NCBI RefSeq assembly: GCF_964204645.1 | Contig: NC_134027.1 | Location: 22,778,560 to 22,842,559 of the forward strand | Length of the DNA stretch: 64,000 nucleotides | Reading direction: 5' to 3' | Source of the DNA: Tubulanus polymorphus | Lineage: Eukaryota > Animalia > Nemertea | Shown: positions 1-27,614 of the stretch, one piece after another | Numbering within the stretch: position 1 is the stretch's first letter | Layout of the letters: each line of letters begins with the position of its first letter | The notes under the pieces: generated by a model | The model's input: only the letters and a program-made list of their open reading frames with translations | What the model was told of the DNA's origin: nothing | Databases searched by the model: none | Program-made: the position numbers and the translations under genes

Positions 1-127
1 CTAAAAAAAGAAAAACAATACGACGCGATTCGAATGACAACAACCCATGCTTTCAATTTTCGCTTATTGCACGAAAACGTCGAGAATCGTATAATGATTT
101 CGCGTCGTATCGTTTACGTTTTTACAG

Positions 128-5462
<5,335 letters not shown>

Positions 5463-7162
5463 AAAACGTAACTACGTGCCATAGAAGATCTATCTATCTC
5501 ACTACACGAGACTGACTTTCAAAGAATGATTTAGAAACAAAACTAAACAAAAAAAGAATAAACGGAACCTACATTTATCTATTTATAATCGCGTCTCGCC
5601 TGAAAACGGAAATATATATGCGGAACACATTCTCTCAACAACGCGGCCGGGCATCTCTCGTAGAGGCATCGCCACCTGGTGCCATCGTCGCGAACTATTT
5701 GTTACGTACTTAAACATAGCACTATGTACATGCCTCCATTGTTGTATTTATTATTCATGTTCCAAACAACAGAATTCTATCGGGATACAGCTATCGGGAT
5801 ACTTTGTTGCCATGGAGACTGATATTTGCGTATGTCATATATCGAAATATTTTGTCGTCGTGGCAACTGACGTTGACGTGGCAGCAGGAATTGACGTATC
5901 GTCGTTACGGCAACCGATGATTGATGTGTGTCATTGTACTGGCATCCAAGACCGGCATATTCCGTAGTTACAGCAACGGAGATTGTTGTGGCATAGGATA
6001 TATCGTCGGATCGATGAATGAGGAATTTTTCGAGCGACGTCGAACAAGGATCGAAATTCTCCATTTCAAAACCCGAGCGACCGGCGTTAACGAACGCGAC
6101 ATATCGTCGCCCTCGGTCGAGCGGAAGTGTCTCGAGAAAACAAACAAATCGTCGCGTTTGTAAATAGATCGGCGACGAACGAATTTGTCGCACGCGTCTC
6201 TCTGTCTCTGTCTCTCTCTTTCTCGTATTTAGATATATTATCCGCGAACGCGCGCCGGCGTCGGAATTACAAGACGGATTTATTATTCGCGAAATATCAT
6301 ATACAAAAACTCGCGCGCGACCGTAAACCGCCAAAATATTTATATAACACGAAAACGCTATATATTCTCTACTACTGTTCAACGGACGGTGATCGTTGCG
6401 GGCGCCGTGCAATCGTTTCGATCGAGACGTTCGTTATACGACTACTTCTACGTCTCGAAACCGTGGTTATTATTATATCGATGAAATTCGACGTTTTGTA
6501 AACTAACGTTTTATTAATCGAGTTTTTAGTTTCTAACGTAAGATAACAATGTGCCGCGTACGTTCGGTTGTACCAAGGATAGATTTGTTGTCGTGTGTGT
6601 GTGTGTGTGTGTGTGCGCGTACATGTGTTGGTGTCATATTGTCGCTAATGGAGGTGTATTATTTGTCTCGGTGCTAAGTATAGTTTTTTCCGTCGGTTTC
6701 GTTTTGCCTTTTATTTATCGTGTTCGTTCGTAAGTAATACTGCCACTTTCGATATGGCCGTATACCGGCCTCATCAGTGCTTATTCAAGTCAGTGTGAAA
6801 CTAGTAAGTTCGTCCCGTACTCTGTTCAAACTTTGTCTCCATCTGCGAAAACCTTTTGGTGACGATTTTACGACGAGAAACTGTTATGAGCTCTGAAATC
6901 GCGACCGAATAATATGTGATTGGGTTACTGCGTACTGACCATAACGAAATACTGGGTTAAGGAATAGATTTCCGGTCACCTGAAGTTGTTTCGGATCTAC
7001 TATGATGCTTTATTGGACGTACAGACTACATGTTCAAAAAGCTATTCCAATCTCTGTATGACTTGTTTCCAATGCAACTATCAATCAGCTGCCTGCCCCA
7101 TATGCCCGATCAGATATTCGATACCGTACTGAACAAAAATTTCGCCGAGGGTTTAGTTCTTT

Positions 7163-7300
7163 AGGGTCCCGTTTCATAGTCACGGCTTAGACCGAAGTCA
7201 AGTCTAAGATGATCTTAGTTCTATAGCCAATCCAGCAACTTAAGACTTTAAGAATGAAGACCACTTTTGGACTCGAGTCTGGACTATGAAACCGCCCCCG
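7163..7300. mobile_element. Short GGGCC-type MITE (same family as 36815-36949)
   Basis: Termini GGGTCCCGTTTCATAGTC...GACTATGAAACCGCCCC. Shares internal CTTAGTTCTATAGCCAATC with the 36.8 kb copy. Confidence 0.7.
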
Positions 7301-9708
7301 GGACTTCACCTGAAATATTTTGAATTGACAATGAACTACGGACACCGGACATTTAGACGTTTTATCAGCGCGCTTGTCACGATATGATAATCCACGCTTG
7401 ACGCTACAGTTGCGACCATCGAAAGCGCTGGGGGTTCCAGGCTACTGATTGATACCTGTATTCCAATATAGCTTCTTCGTCAAAAGGTTTACGCCGCTAA
7501 TCCGTACTAACGGGATGCGTACGGGCTGCGTACTCCTAGTAGTTTTTGTAAGGCAGTTTCGTTAAGATTTTCGGTACCGTCTCTAATGATAATCCTTTTA
7601 GATAGATATTTATTTATATATTTATAATATGCGGAACACATTCTCCTTTTCTGCGCGCCGGAGAAAAATCCAAGGGCGAGAAGTTGAAATTTTTTATTTC
7701 TTAATATCTGCGTGACGTTTTCAAACGATATTGACTTGTACATGGCGGTCGAATGTCAAGGTTACAACACGATGACGAACATGGCGGCAGATACGACACA
7801 TTCTCTCTGATGCTCTACGAGCATGATATACAAAATTAATTTCGGCCGATTTTTTTTTTTATTTTAATGAAAATTATATTTTACAGCGTATCTGCGTGGT
7901 GGTGGTCGAGTCCGTAAGAATGTCGTACAATGTCGGTGTCGTTTTGTGTCGTCGGGGTTGAATTCTTGTCGTCGTCTTCGTCGCCCGTAACACGTGTATT
8001 CTAGTCTTCGTAAATTATTTACGTTCCTCAAAAAAAATGATATTTGTCACCCGCTGCAGCGCACTCACTCGTTTCGGTTTCGAGCAAGACTCGGAAATTT
8101 GAAAGAAACAAAATATGGTAAAATTACCCGAAAAGTCGCGTCTACGCGAGGGCCTGTTTTCATTGAATACCGATTCGGATGAATTTGTTTCTTCACTTAC
8201 TAACTAGAACCTCCCATATTCCAACAAGATTGAATTGAATTGTACGAGAGTTCGTGGTCTTGTATGCCACACGCAAAATTTCGATTCATTGGAACTGTAC
8301 AGTGTAATGACCCTTTAAATTCGCATTTACTCTCCAATGTCGACTGGCTTGACTAACCAGTTCGCTATCATTTGAGACCGACATTTCGGTCACTGATTTT
8401 GCCTATTGGTTATTTATTTTGCCTCATTTTGCCCATTTCGGTCGGCTGTATATGACCGGTATTAGTGTGCTAGTACGGCACAGCACACAACTACACGATA
8501 CCTAGATGTTTATTGATTAGCAGAAGACTGTTTGCTTACATTATGATAGTTCCCATCCAGCTGTATATAGGCGTCACCACATAGCCTGCATGCATCATCA
8601 AAAATAAGCTAATGCCATCAAGTACATGGCATGCACAATTATGGGAGCGAGAGCTTTAAGGCTGATCTTCAGTCAAACAAACTAGTTGCTGAAATGTTGT
8701 TTTAAAACAGTGTTTTTTCAATGACTTCGAAGAAACTCTTTCCAAACCGGGTCGGTCGAAATTATACAGCCAGCTTCGGTCAGGCGATAGATACCTTTCT
8801 GAGAAGTGTGACCCTGTTTTCTTTATCCCGATTTCTGTCCGTAAGTAACGTTTTTTGATAAACTGTTTCGATATCTGCATAAAGGGCTGGTCCCAGGACA
8901 TTGTGTCATCTTTTGCGTAGAGAATTATGTACCAATCTTCCGAATACTTCCAGAAACTCAATTAACGTGTGGTCGATCGCGTTGACCGATGCTTATTTTC
9001 ACTCAACACGCTCCAGAAAATTACACGAAATCATTCTTCCTACTGACTGAATACATATAAAGGGTCTGAGCTTGGAGTGAGTGCCTGTAGACATAACCTC
9101 TTGATTACTGGACAGCTTGTAACCTGCCTTTGCACCATAGCTTTTTCATCTGAATTATAGTCAGGATAGTCAGGATCGATCCAGCTGCTAGCAGACGATC
9201 CATTTCTTTTTTATCGTTGAAAAAACTCAATGCAGAGATTTTGATTTGGAAAAGCCCAATCTGGTGGGTAGCAGACACGCCAGTTATGCCACTACAAAAT
9301 GTATGTGTAGACAGTGTCGCCATCTACAGGGTTAAGCTCAATCTAGTGGATAGCAGATGATCTATTCATAGCGTGTTAACAGTGTCAAGAGGTTATTCAA
9401 ACTTCAAACGTTCGATGTTAGTTGTAAATCGTAGTAAAATAAAGTCCATCAGTCCTGTGCCAAACATAACGTTATTTACAAGTTACAACAGCTAGCGTAC
9501 GGTCTTTTTTCTTTGTTTTGGTTGGTCGCTTCTGTACAATTGAATAATCGTAATATTGTACTAGGATATATCATAATCGTAATCATCACGTCAATATCAT
9601 CATCGTAATGTGCCATCTTTCCGGTGTTACTTTTTTTCGCTGTTCGATTTTAGATATTGCCAGAGAGTAGTTTTGTATATTTCTCGTTTCTACCTGCCTT
9701 GTGTAAAA

Positions 9709-9951
9709 CCGGGGCGGACCTAGGGCTTGGTTTCTGGTGTCTGATCGACCCCTGCTTTTCTATCGTGGCGGAGGTTGTTCTGTAAATTTGCGGAAAATTG
9801 CACATTTTTCGGATAGAATCCTCAAAAATATGTAACGCCGATGGTGGAACCGTGCTTGTGACCATCGGCTTGGCTTGGCGGCTTTAGCCGAGGAATCCCC
9901 TTCCTTTTATTTATGACCCCCGCCTTCCGAATATCCTAGATCCGTCCCTGG
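9709..9951. mobile_element. Small non-autonomous TIR element (CAGGGGCGGATC-type termini)
   Basis: CCGGGGCGGACCTAG ... CTAGATCCGTCCCTGG inverted termini. Confidence 0.55.
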
Positions 9952-10632
9952 TAGATGTTCACGAATGTTGAGTTTTGCACAGTTTTTTCTGTACTATATC
10001 GATTAATTCTGTAAACCATTGCGTCTACACTCGAGCTCCCGAACGTGGGACATGTTGCGTGGTCATTTGATTCGAAGTTTTGATGAAGAAATATGGGTTT
10101 GTGAGATTTTCTATTGTGAGATTTTTCCATTTTATTGGACATTTTCTATTTCGGAGAGAACTTAGACATTTATTCCAGCTAAAACTCAGTCAAAAATGAG
10201 TTCTAAATCTCAGACAATGACTGATAACAATTGATAAGGAAATGAACGACTTCGGTTAAATGTCTTTTTACACTAGTTTGAAATTCTTTTAGGCTTTTCA
10301 ACGTTTTAGATATATACCGGTACCTTACCAACCTATTTGATCAGAGTCGCCTCGATATGGCACGCTCGTCGTGTATTCGGTATGGCACGGTATTGTATTC
10401 GGTATGGCGCAGTATTATTTCCTATGTGTCTGAGAAAATATTGAAGTGGTAATGAAATTTGAAGTGGTTTTGTCATGATAAGAACCAGTTAGGAATGCGT
10501 TCTAGTATAGAGTGGTATCAAGAGTCCGTAAATCCCTGCTCGGAAATACTGCCTTTTAGTCAAGATTTCAAAAGTAAATACGCAATTTTGAAGGCGATCG
10601 TAAGCCGTTCATAGAGATTGTTGTAGATCTTT

Positions 10633-10814
10633 CAGGGGCGGATCCAGAGGCCAACTTCGAAGGACTTGTCACCTCCCAAAAGGCACTTTGATGTCCAAAT
10701 AGGCAATGTAAGGTGTACTTAGGTTTACCCCCTGAAATACACCTATAATCTTTGATGGAAAAATGAAACAAGAAAAGAATTTGACGGACTTCAGTCCCTC
10801 TGGATCTGGCCCTG
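10633..10814. mobile_element. Small non-autonomous TIR element (CAGGGGCGGATC-type termini)
   Basis: CAGGGGCGGATCCAGAGG ... CCTCTGGATCTGGCCCTG inverted termini. Confidence 0.6.
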
Positions 10815-13233
10815 TTATCACTCGATCGTACCTGGTTTGAAGTCAGGCCTGAGACTGTGGCTATCTCTGAGACTTCTCGCTAAACCCCATAAACGCGGCT
10901 GTCTGTAAGTGTATCGCCATGAATTAAAACAAGTTGCACTAGACCGGTTACACCACGAGAATCATCGTACTGTATACATTTATGTCGGTGTGTGCCAAAC
11001 CGTTTTTTTTTGTATGATATTCAATTTTTATGCAATTCTGTTCTCGTTTTGATTGGAATTTACGTCGTTGTTTAAATGCAATTCGTGTCAATGGTATACG
11101 TAGGTCTATTTGTTCAGTTATTATGTGGGAAGATAAAATAGGAACTCGCCGACTTTCGCAAAAGATGTTTTAGATTCAATTCGCGCTTCACTCGACGATA
11201 TAGCTGCTCGAAATTGTCCCACGAAAACGCCGAAAGACGATACGTGCGAATTGAAATTTATTAAACTCCATTTTCGTTGATAGCTTCGGGACTGTAAATT
11301 CTACCTAGTTGGCAGGAAGTTATTTTCAAGTAGATTTTTTGAATATATAAAATTAACCATGGACTCTCTGAAATGATTCGTTTTAGATATACTTTGAATA
11401 AGATGAACACTAATTTTAGGACGTCACGTGCAATTCCCGACGACCTTAGGCCAAGACAGTTGGGGAGTTGGGGTAATAAACAATGAAACACGAAGCCAAC
11501 CTGAGAATGTATTCTTTTTTTATGAAAGATGTGATAGATTTGTGTTCAAATAGTGTATTTAAGCTCGCTATGGACGGCACTTTCTGTCAGTGAGCCGCTA
11601 CAGTAAAACCAGGTCGACCGAATACCCGAGTAACTTTTGGAAATCGAGCATCCAATCGTGATTCTAGCTTCGTCGAAAAATTGAGTATACGGAGCGTATT
11701 GCGCGATCCGACCTTGACCTTTGTGATACTCATGCAACACTGTCGTCACTCATGATGTCGGATACAAAAATCTAATCGATATTTAATGCTTTGTGGATAG
11801 TACGTGAACAGGCCGATACGTTGTTTTTTGTCGACTCATATCAATAAACGCGTTGTATATGCAAATTAGTTTAAGGCACACATCGTTCATGCATTACAAT
11901 GCTATAATGGCCTATAATCAATGCGTGCTATAATCGAAACAGAAAAAAATCGTGTTCGGACTTAACGCTCCTGGATTTAACGCTTGAATACATATGTATA
12001 TGTACATGTATATGTTTGAAAGATGGCAGTATAATTTCAAAATAATCAAACTCTCAAAAGGACCAAAGGGCAATAATTAATTAGTACGTTGCCCTAGACA
12101 CTAGACTGGGCCCCTTTCGAAAGAAGGACTTCTCAGAAAAATTAAAGCATTCGCGAAAACGGGCTCCTCGGCGTCGACGGCTTGTTTCAGAAATTGCAAA
12201 AGATAGCAACTTTAGTCAGAACATATCTAGTCCAGTTGAATTGTTTATATCGATATCAATATACGTTACATGTTACTTCAATGAATAGAGAAACTATAGT
12301 AAAAAACACCGGTCTATACGCAAATATTTACACTAAAAAAGATTATGTATTATGTTATGATTTCCTAGCGTTAGTTCTTTTCACAAAGGCTCTGTCTGTC
12401 GGCCGATTGAGGGTGTTCAAGTTCATCTTTTATGGGATTCGAACCCGATTCGGCGCGGCTGTAAATTTTCTAGATATTTTCTTGTCGGACGCGGGACGAA
12501 TAGTTACATCGATAGGAAGGTCGAAGGTTAACGTCGTTTTCGATAACCTATAAACTCGCCGTCGATGTAGCCTTTCGTCCCCGGGTAAACACGCGCAAAA
12601 ATGCGGTATCGGCAACGCTACTGTGGCAAGCGAGGATTGGCCGCGATCGCTGTTAGCGGTTACTCGGTTGCCGCGCTTCGATTTCTTCTACAATGCGTTG
12701 AATGAATTACGAACGGAAAATTTTTACCAAACATCGGGTAACGATGTCGACCCTATTTATATCGTGTAAATTAGGGAGCAAAAAATCCATCTCTCGTTTT
12801 TTTTCGAGGGGTGTGTATAGTTGCTCCATCTGGTGTGCACCGATAACCAATTCAAACTTCGACGTTTTTAAGTTAGAGAATTCATTCGTGAAACTGGACA
12901 CCGCCGTCTGCGTATTATAAACGGCGTCCATCGAACGTCGATCATAATTTGGTCTTCGTCGCAGTCGGTACTCGGTGTTCTTTTTTTCCAAAGATCAAAA
13001 CTGATCGATCGATATGTTATCTATTTAGATGTGTAGCGAAATATTGTTGTACGGAAATATGGTAGGAAAAAAAACGGACGACTTTTTGTACGACATGAAA
13101 AACATTTTTAACAGTATTGAGCTTCAGAATGCGTACGGCTGTCGGGATTTGTGACGATTTTCCGTCCCTATACGATAGAACGATTGATATTTTGTATCGT
13201 ATCGGGAATTCTATCCCGTGGAAATATGAACTA

Positions 13234-13771
13234 CGGGACCCGGTTCGACAGTTGTGAGTTCACATTTGACTCGGAGTTAACTCATCGAAGATGAATTGAT
13301 TTCAACCAAAAGTTTAACTCTTGCTCGCGATTGTGGAACTGGATCCTGCTCAATACGCTCATGGTTAACTTTACTTTTACTCGCTTAACTCGATTTTTTT
13401 CTTGACTGCGCATTTCAACAGTCCGGGCCCGGTTCCACAGTCGTGAGTATGAGTTATAACTCCCGAGTTAAAATGCAGGACCCAGTTCCTCAGTTCTGGA
13501 CTCAGTTCCACAGTTGTGAGTTAGAGTTAACTCTGGGTTAAAATCAATTAATCTTCTATGAGTTAACTATGGAGTCAAATCTGAACTCAGAACTGTGGAA
13601 CTGGACCCCTGAGTTGAGTTGACTCGAGTTAACTCATTGAAAATGAACTCACTTAAACTCAGCGTTAACTCGTTAACTACGACTCACAACTGTGGTACTG
13701 AGCCCAGTTCATTTTCAATGAGTTAACTCTTGAGTCAAATCATAACTCACAAAACTGTAGAACTGGATCCT
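13234..13771. mobile_element. Cluster of tandem/nested short palindromic MITEs (GGGCCCGGTTCCACAG...CTGTGGAACTGGACCC; GAGTTAACTC cores)
   Basis: At least four related ~110-130 bp units with inverted termini and repeated GAGTTAACTC palindromes. Confidence 0.75.
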
Positions 13772-16700
13772 GTTGTTTGGTAAGGTTCATTTTCTTTGAT
13801 TCTGCGTAACGACTGACGAAGATTAGAAGACCGTCTCGCGCGCCCCTTTTCTCGAACAGGACGCAGTTCTCGGCCAGATAAACTGTCGTAAGCGAGATGG
13901 ACCAAAAACCGCGAAAACATTTTTCGAATATCTCTGAAACCGAGTAACGATTGTAAAAAAAAAATAATCTCCCACTCAGTATTCTGTATGGACCCTTCCG
14001 GATTCGACTAATCGCCGGCATATCCTAATGACATCAAACGATGGACGACCGCTCTGTGCACCGCTAGGCAATCGACTGTTATCAGGGACGAGCAAGTTTT
14101 TCTGGGAGGGTCCTTACTCGACACATTTCGATGTTGTACACGTATGAATCACTTATTCGTCGTATATATTTATTTTATCAATACGTAGATGTATTAATGA
14201 TATATGATTGCAGTTTTGAGTGTTCAAAAATAAGTTACCGGTTTCAGAGTTCGTGAAAAATGTAGCCGTGACGTCACGAACATTCGGTCTCGCGTTCATC
14301 GCAATCGACGCTTGAACCGAATCTTGGTCGTAAGCCACCGAGTAAAGCTTAAGTTTTCAACTCGCTTTTTTCATTGGTAATTGGTTGAGTTTCTAATTGA
14401 AATCTAGACGAAATGAGGTGTTGTAAGGCGGGCGCAGCTGTCGTCTATCTTCGTGCGGTTTTGCCATGGTTACGCGGAATTAAAAAGAATCGTCTGCCTA
14501 TTATACACAGTCAGTTATACATGTATATAAAATCGAAAGATAATTAGTCCGAATGCAATGCTTTGAAATGCCTATTTTTGCGGACCGATTATCGTCACAA
14601 AGCCCGGCGGTATACTAATATTCTGTTGTTGTAGTTGTCCCAGGCGATTTATGAGGGATATTTGTTCGCATACTAACCTATTAAAACGCTCACTTGTACA
14701 AACGTGTGAAACATGCGCGCGCCTGTTTGTAATAAAAAAATTCGACGCATCGATTTCAAATTCAATCTAGGTCACGACGGCACTCGCGTGTACAGTACAT
14801 GCATTAGTCGGGGCTCTATTTATTTGCTTTAACGAGGAACGGAATTTAATATGAAAATATTTAAGCGTCTTTTTGTGCAATATTCTATTTTGTAGCGTCG
14901 TGACGTCGGGATTTGGTGGGCGTGGACGCACGCGCGCCTTATTATTGCTCACCCGACATCGGGTTCGAATCCCGTGAGAGACGAATTATTGTAGCCTAAT
15001 TTTCTTTTTTTTCCTATATAGAAAGAATGAGTATCAATCCGTTTATATTGATTTTCACTTGTGTCATATGTCTCGCTCTCTCTCTCCTTTTTTTCTCTAT
15101 CACTCACAATTGTATCATGTGCCTTTCAATTTAGTCATTTCTACTAAAAGCTGTGCGTGAAAATAAAATGTATCTTCGATAATATGATATTGATATATCT
15201 GTGCATTAAATTTCATTTCCCTCGTACGATTATTGCGTTAACTTATTTTCATGCTTTTAGCCCACTTGGGTGGGTTCGTTTTTCGGTAGTTCTGATGTTA
15301 GAGAGGTCTTGATAGGTTACGAATCTACGACACAGCCCAAAAAAGGGCTGATCATTGAGAGCCGACCGGCAATGATTCTAGGATATTCTTGACGTTTTCA
15401 TCGGGAACTTTGAAGACGCTTCGTATTGAAGTTCAGTATGCCTATGTACAGAACCCATTTATCTTGAGGTGTACGAGGCCATTTTGGGAACCGCCTCCGA
15501 AATTTGAATTTAACTGAAATGAATAAAAATCTTATCTTCTTTTATTCTCGTCCGTGGGAACGAATTCGTCAGAAATTAGGGAACACATGAAATAGGTTCT
15601 CTTTTGATTGCAGCGTACAGGATCCGAACTGTCTAAGAACCATTTGTTTGGACATGTATATTGCCCTATCGACAGCTCCTTCAAAAATTATTCTATCTCA
15701 CTAGGGGTATATTTAACTTTTATCTCTTTCTTCGAAATGATGTTTGAATAGGTCTACCCCGTAAACCAAGCTATTTAAAAACAAAAACAAAAACTGTGAA
15801 TTCGATCGCCGATCACACAACTAACTGTATACACTTCGTTTTCTGATTTTAAAATCAAATCCCCGTTCTGCTCCCGGCAAGTAAGGTGTGGTGGGTCTGT
15901 AAGGGACACCTTAGTGAAATCTATCGATCAGATAAATAACAGACATACCACACCTGGGTCATTCCCTATTTTAAGATAAGACTAGGGGTTCAGGGACACC
16001 ATGCCCACTTGGAAGTGGTTTCAAATGCTCAACAATCTAACAATTTCAATAAATACATACAAAAGATCAAGGTAATTGATCAAAGCGTCTTCTAAATTTC
16101 CCCAAAAACATGAAAAATATGTAAACAGTGCTGATTTTTGCGAACAACATCTTGAAGATGCATTTAGGGTAGATACACGTGAGACATAAAATTGAAGCGT
16201 CTTCCCAAAATAAGTGGATCTGTCTACGGACAGACGGACGACGAAAAGTGAAAGCGAACAAAAACAATGCGCACCCTGTGTGCTGTTCGACCGTGCATTC
16301 GTATGTGAACTGTCAGTATTGCAGCAGTTGTCAAGTAGGCCAGCTCGGTGTTTTCGGAGACCACGTCGCCCTCACGTTTTCAAAAATGAATTTTTTAAAA
16401 ACACCCGTCTGGCATAATGCTAGACCATGGACTATAGAGTGGTGTTGCAGCTTTCGTTTTGTAGCCCTAGACTAATTTATGGATTGTTTACACATTTTCA
16501 CAGATCTTTCAAAACTTTTACATTTAAAAAAAATGTGTCCAGCAGGCTTAAATTATGTTTAGATTTTTGCATATCCATATCTCACGACTGCAATAAACAT
16601 CCTTGTCCAGGTGCACTGCAATGTAAGTGCCATTGGATCAATACGTTATGTCCATTAATACTCCACACTGCTAGACTTAGGTCGAAGAAAACAGCGAACA

Positions 16701-16999
16701 AACTACAATTTCTACATTACTATTGAGCAATTTTCTTTTTCGACGACCAGAGCTTGTAATATAAATATGCGTATCATGATATCTGTCTACATCTATTTTC
16801 GAATTTTGTAAAAAAGAAATCGTTGTCTGAATTATCTGTACAAATACAATTTTTACATAAAACAAAGAGCAATTTCGAATATATACATGAAAAGCTGGTT
16901 GAACATTATATGCACAAATACAGCAAAAAAGTCCTTTTATAAAGGTGTATGTACAAGGTTTTTGAGCCGAGTAGTGGCGCTGGAATAATGAATGCACCA

Positions 17000-18360
17000 C
17001 CGAGTGTTTATATGATTTCAGAAATGCTCATAGTATATTATAGTAGTTTATTTGTCACCATCAATATGTACAAGATTAATAATAACAATAGCAAATTACA
17101 AACAATGAGGTGACAGGAGCCTGAACAGAGCCATAAAGGCTGTATATCCAAAAGGATGTTCAGACACGTTGAACACAAAGAACAAATTAAAGAAAAGAAC
17201 AAATGAAGAGGGATGAGTTGATGAAAAATTAAGATGAATTTAAATCATGCAGACGTGTATGAATTAGGATAGTATTTTGTATAAGTATCTATTTTGTATC
17301 AATATTGGTTAAAAATATCTCTTTTGAACCTACTAACGAGGGTGTTTATAGTTGGAGCGGATTTAATGAGTAAAGGTTGACTTTGCCAAATTGAAGGAAC
17401 TTTACAGAGGAATGACTTATTGAAAATGCTGGTTTTGTGGGCTTGGATTCTAGGGTGGTTTCGAGCTCTAGTATTATATCTATGATTAAAGGAATTTCTA
17501 TTAAATAAATTTACAATTGGTTGCGGAAGTTGGTTATAAACAGATCCATATGCAAGTTTGATAAGTTCTAAGTTTATAATATCTTCAAACTTCAGAATCT
17601 TGAACTTTTTAAAAAGAGGTGAGGTAGAGGCGTTGTATTTAGCACACCCAATAACACGGATTGCTTTCTTTTGTAATTTGGTTAAAACATTGACTTGCTT
17701 CTTTGAGATTAATGGACCCCAGAGAGATAAACAGTATGCTAGATGAGAGTTTATGTAACTGAAGTAAAGCAATCGCTTTGACCAGCTTGGTAAAAGATTT
17801 TTCACACATTTCAATAGGCAAATATTCTTATTCAGCTTAGAACAAAGAGATTTCACGTGACTTTCAAATGTAAGTTTATCATCAATCAGCAGTCCTAAAA
17901 ATCTATGCACATGAACAAACTCGATTTGGCTATTTTCAAATTTTAAAGTGGGATTGTCAATTCTTAGATGATGTGGTTTAATACAAAGTCCAGCAGATTT
18001 TGTTATATTGAGCGTGAGTTTATTTGCCCTGAACCAATTGATAGCAATTTTGAAGTCGTCACTTAGATGTTCAGTTATTTTTTCAAAGTCTTTCCCTACA
18101 ATTAGAAGTGTGGTGTCGTCGGCAAATAAAATAGCTTTGCAGTTGTCTAGATTATGACTAAGATCGTTTATATACAACAAATAAGGAGTGGCCCCAAAAC
18201 CGATCCATGCGGAACTCCGTAATCAACAGTGTTGATTTCCGATTCAAAGCTATTATATTTGACATAAATTTTCCGTCCATTTAAATAACTCTTGAACCAA
18301 TCATATGCAATTTCCCGAATTCCATAATGATAAAGTTTGTTTAATAAAATATCTATGTCA
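17000..18360 (-). mobile_element. 5'-truncated non-LTR retrotransposon (CR1/L2-group) RT and C-terminus
   Basis: ORF 17299-18180 has LYINDL, ILFADDT and HRFLGLLIDDKLTF. A frameshifted upstream continuation reads ...WFKSYLNGRK...GVPHGSVLGP. Confidence 0.9.
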
Positions 18361-19362
18361 TATGATATAGTTTTACAAAAATAATACGCATCGGTCCCGA
18401 TTCATCGTTATAGAAACTATAAAAAGCGCACACGGGCGCACGCCACGGGGCGCAACGGATGTCAAGCGATTTGCTTTTTTCACCGGTAGTCGCCACTTCT
18501 ACAATGAGGTGATCATTGATTGGCTATTACGTCACGTCACACATTTTGATCGAAACATTTCTAGAATGTGTATACATGTATAAACGTATATTTTATAGTC
18601 CATTTCATTTCATTAGCGCACTAATCGGAACGATGTTCGGCAATGTTCGGCAATCGTCGTTTATCCGCACGACATTTTTTAGATTGGCCGAAACGAAATA
18701 TCAAAGTTCATGTTGTTCATTTTACAGCAACTCGTTGTTACGTCATAGAATCGTATTTATGAGACGCGTTTGTCGAGTAATAATTAATTATATCTTGATT
18801 AACGTTCACAATCAACTATTGATTTCTCTTTTTCTCGTATATATTGAAATATTGAATCAAATCGTATGTACATCCTTATTGTCTTTGCTGTAGCATGTTG
18901 CTGCTCAAATCGTCCATTCATTGTCCGTCGCCTTTGTTGTTGACACCTATTTTTTGTTAACATGCGTTAGTGAATATAAGACAGGTAGAAATCACGCACA
19001 CGCATGCATATTTTAGTTTGAGTGTGAATTCAGTTGTAGTTTCGCTCGGAAGTCGACCTGACATTTAATATGAAATATCTCATCGAAATTGTGCGTTGAT
19101 ACGAATCTAGATTATCGAGCTTCTTTTCAATAACGCATTATCGACACCGCAGAGTTTGAGTTACTTAATCATACCACACATTCAATAACCCATCGGTAAT
19201 GCGTTTTTCGACCGGGATTTCGACACACTGTGTATGGACAGCCATTCCTGCCAATATTAACCGTTTCGTCTATTCAAGTATATATATGCTTTTGGATAAA
19301 ATGTCGAAGTCTATCATCAATAGGTCTTGCTTATGAACGTCCCGCCATCTACGTAATGCCGA

Positions 19363-27614
<8,252 letters not shown>

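Noticed and set aside
5777-6501. 211-aa and 124-aa ORFs downstream of CMIP
   Set aside because: No recognisable domain or splice structure; chance ORFs in CpG-rich UTR-like DNA.
8280-9400. Possible decayed transposon coding region
   Set aside because: Composition differs from the flanks, but no recognisable motif was found in the frames examined.
14955-14990. tRNA gene (GGTTCGAATCCC B-box); similar motif at ~35860
   Set aside because: No A-box or cloverleaf could be built; at most SINE debris.
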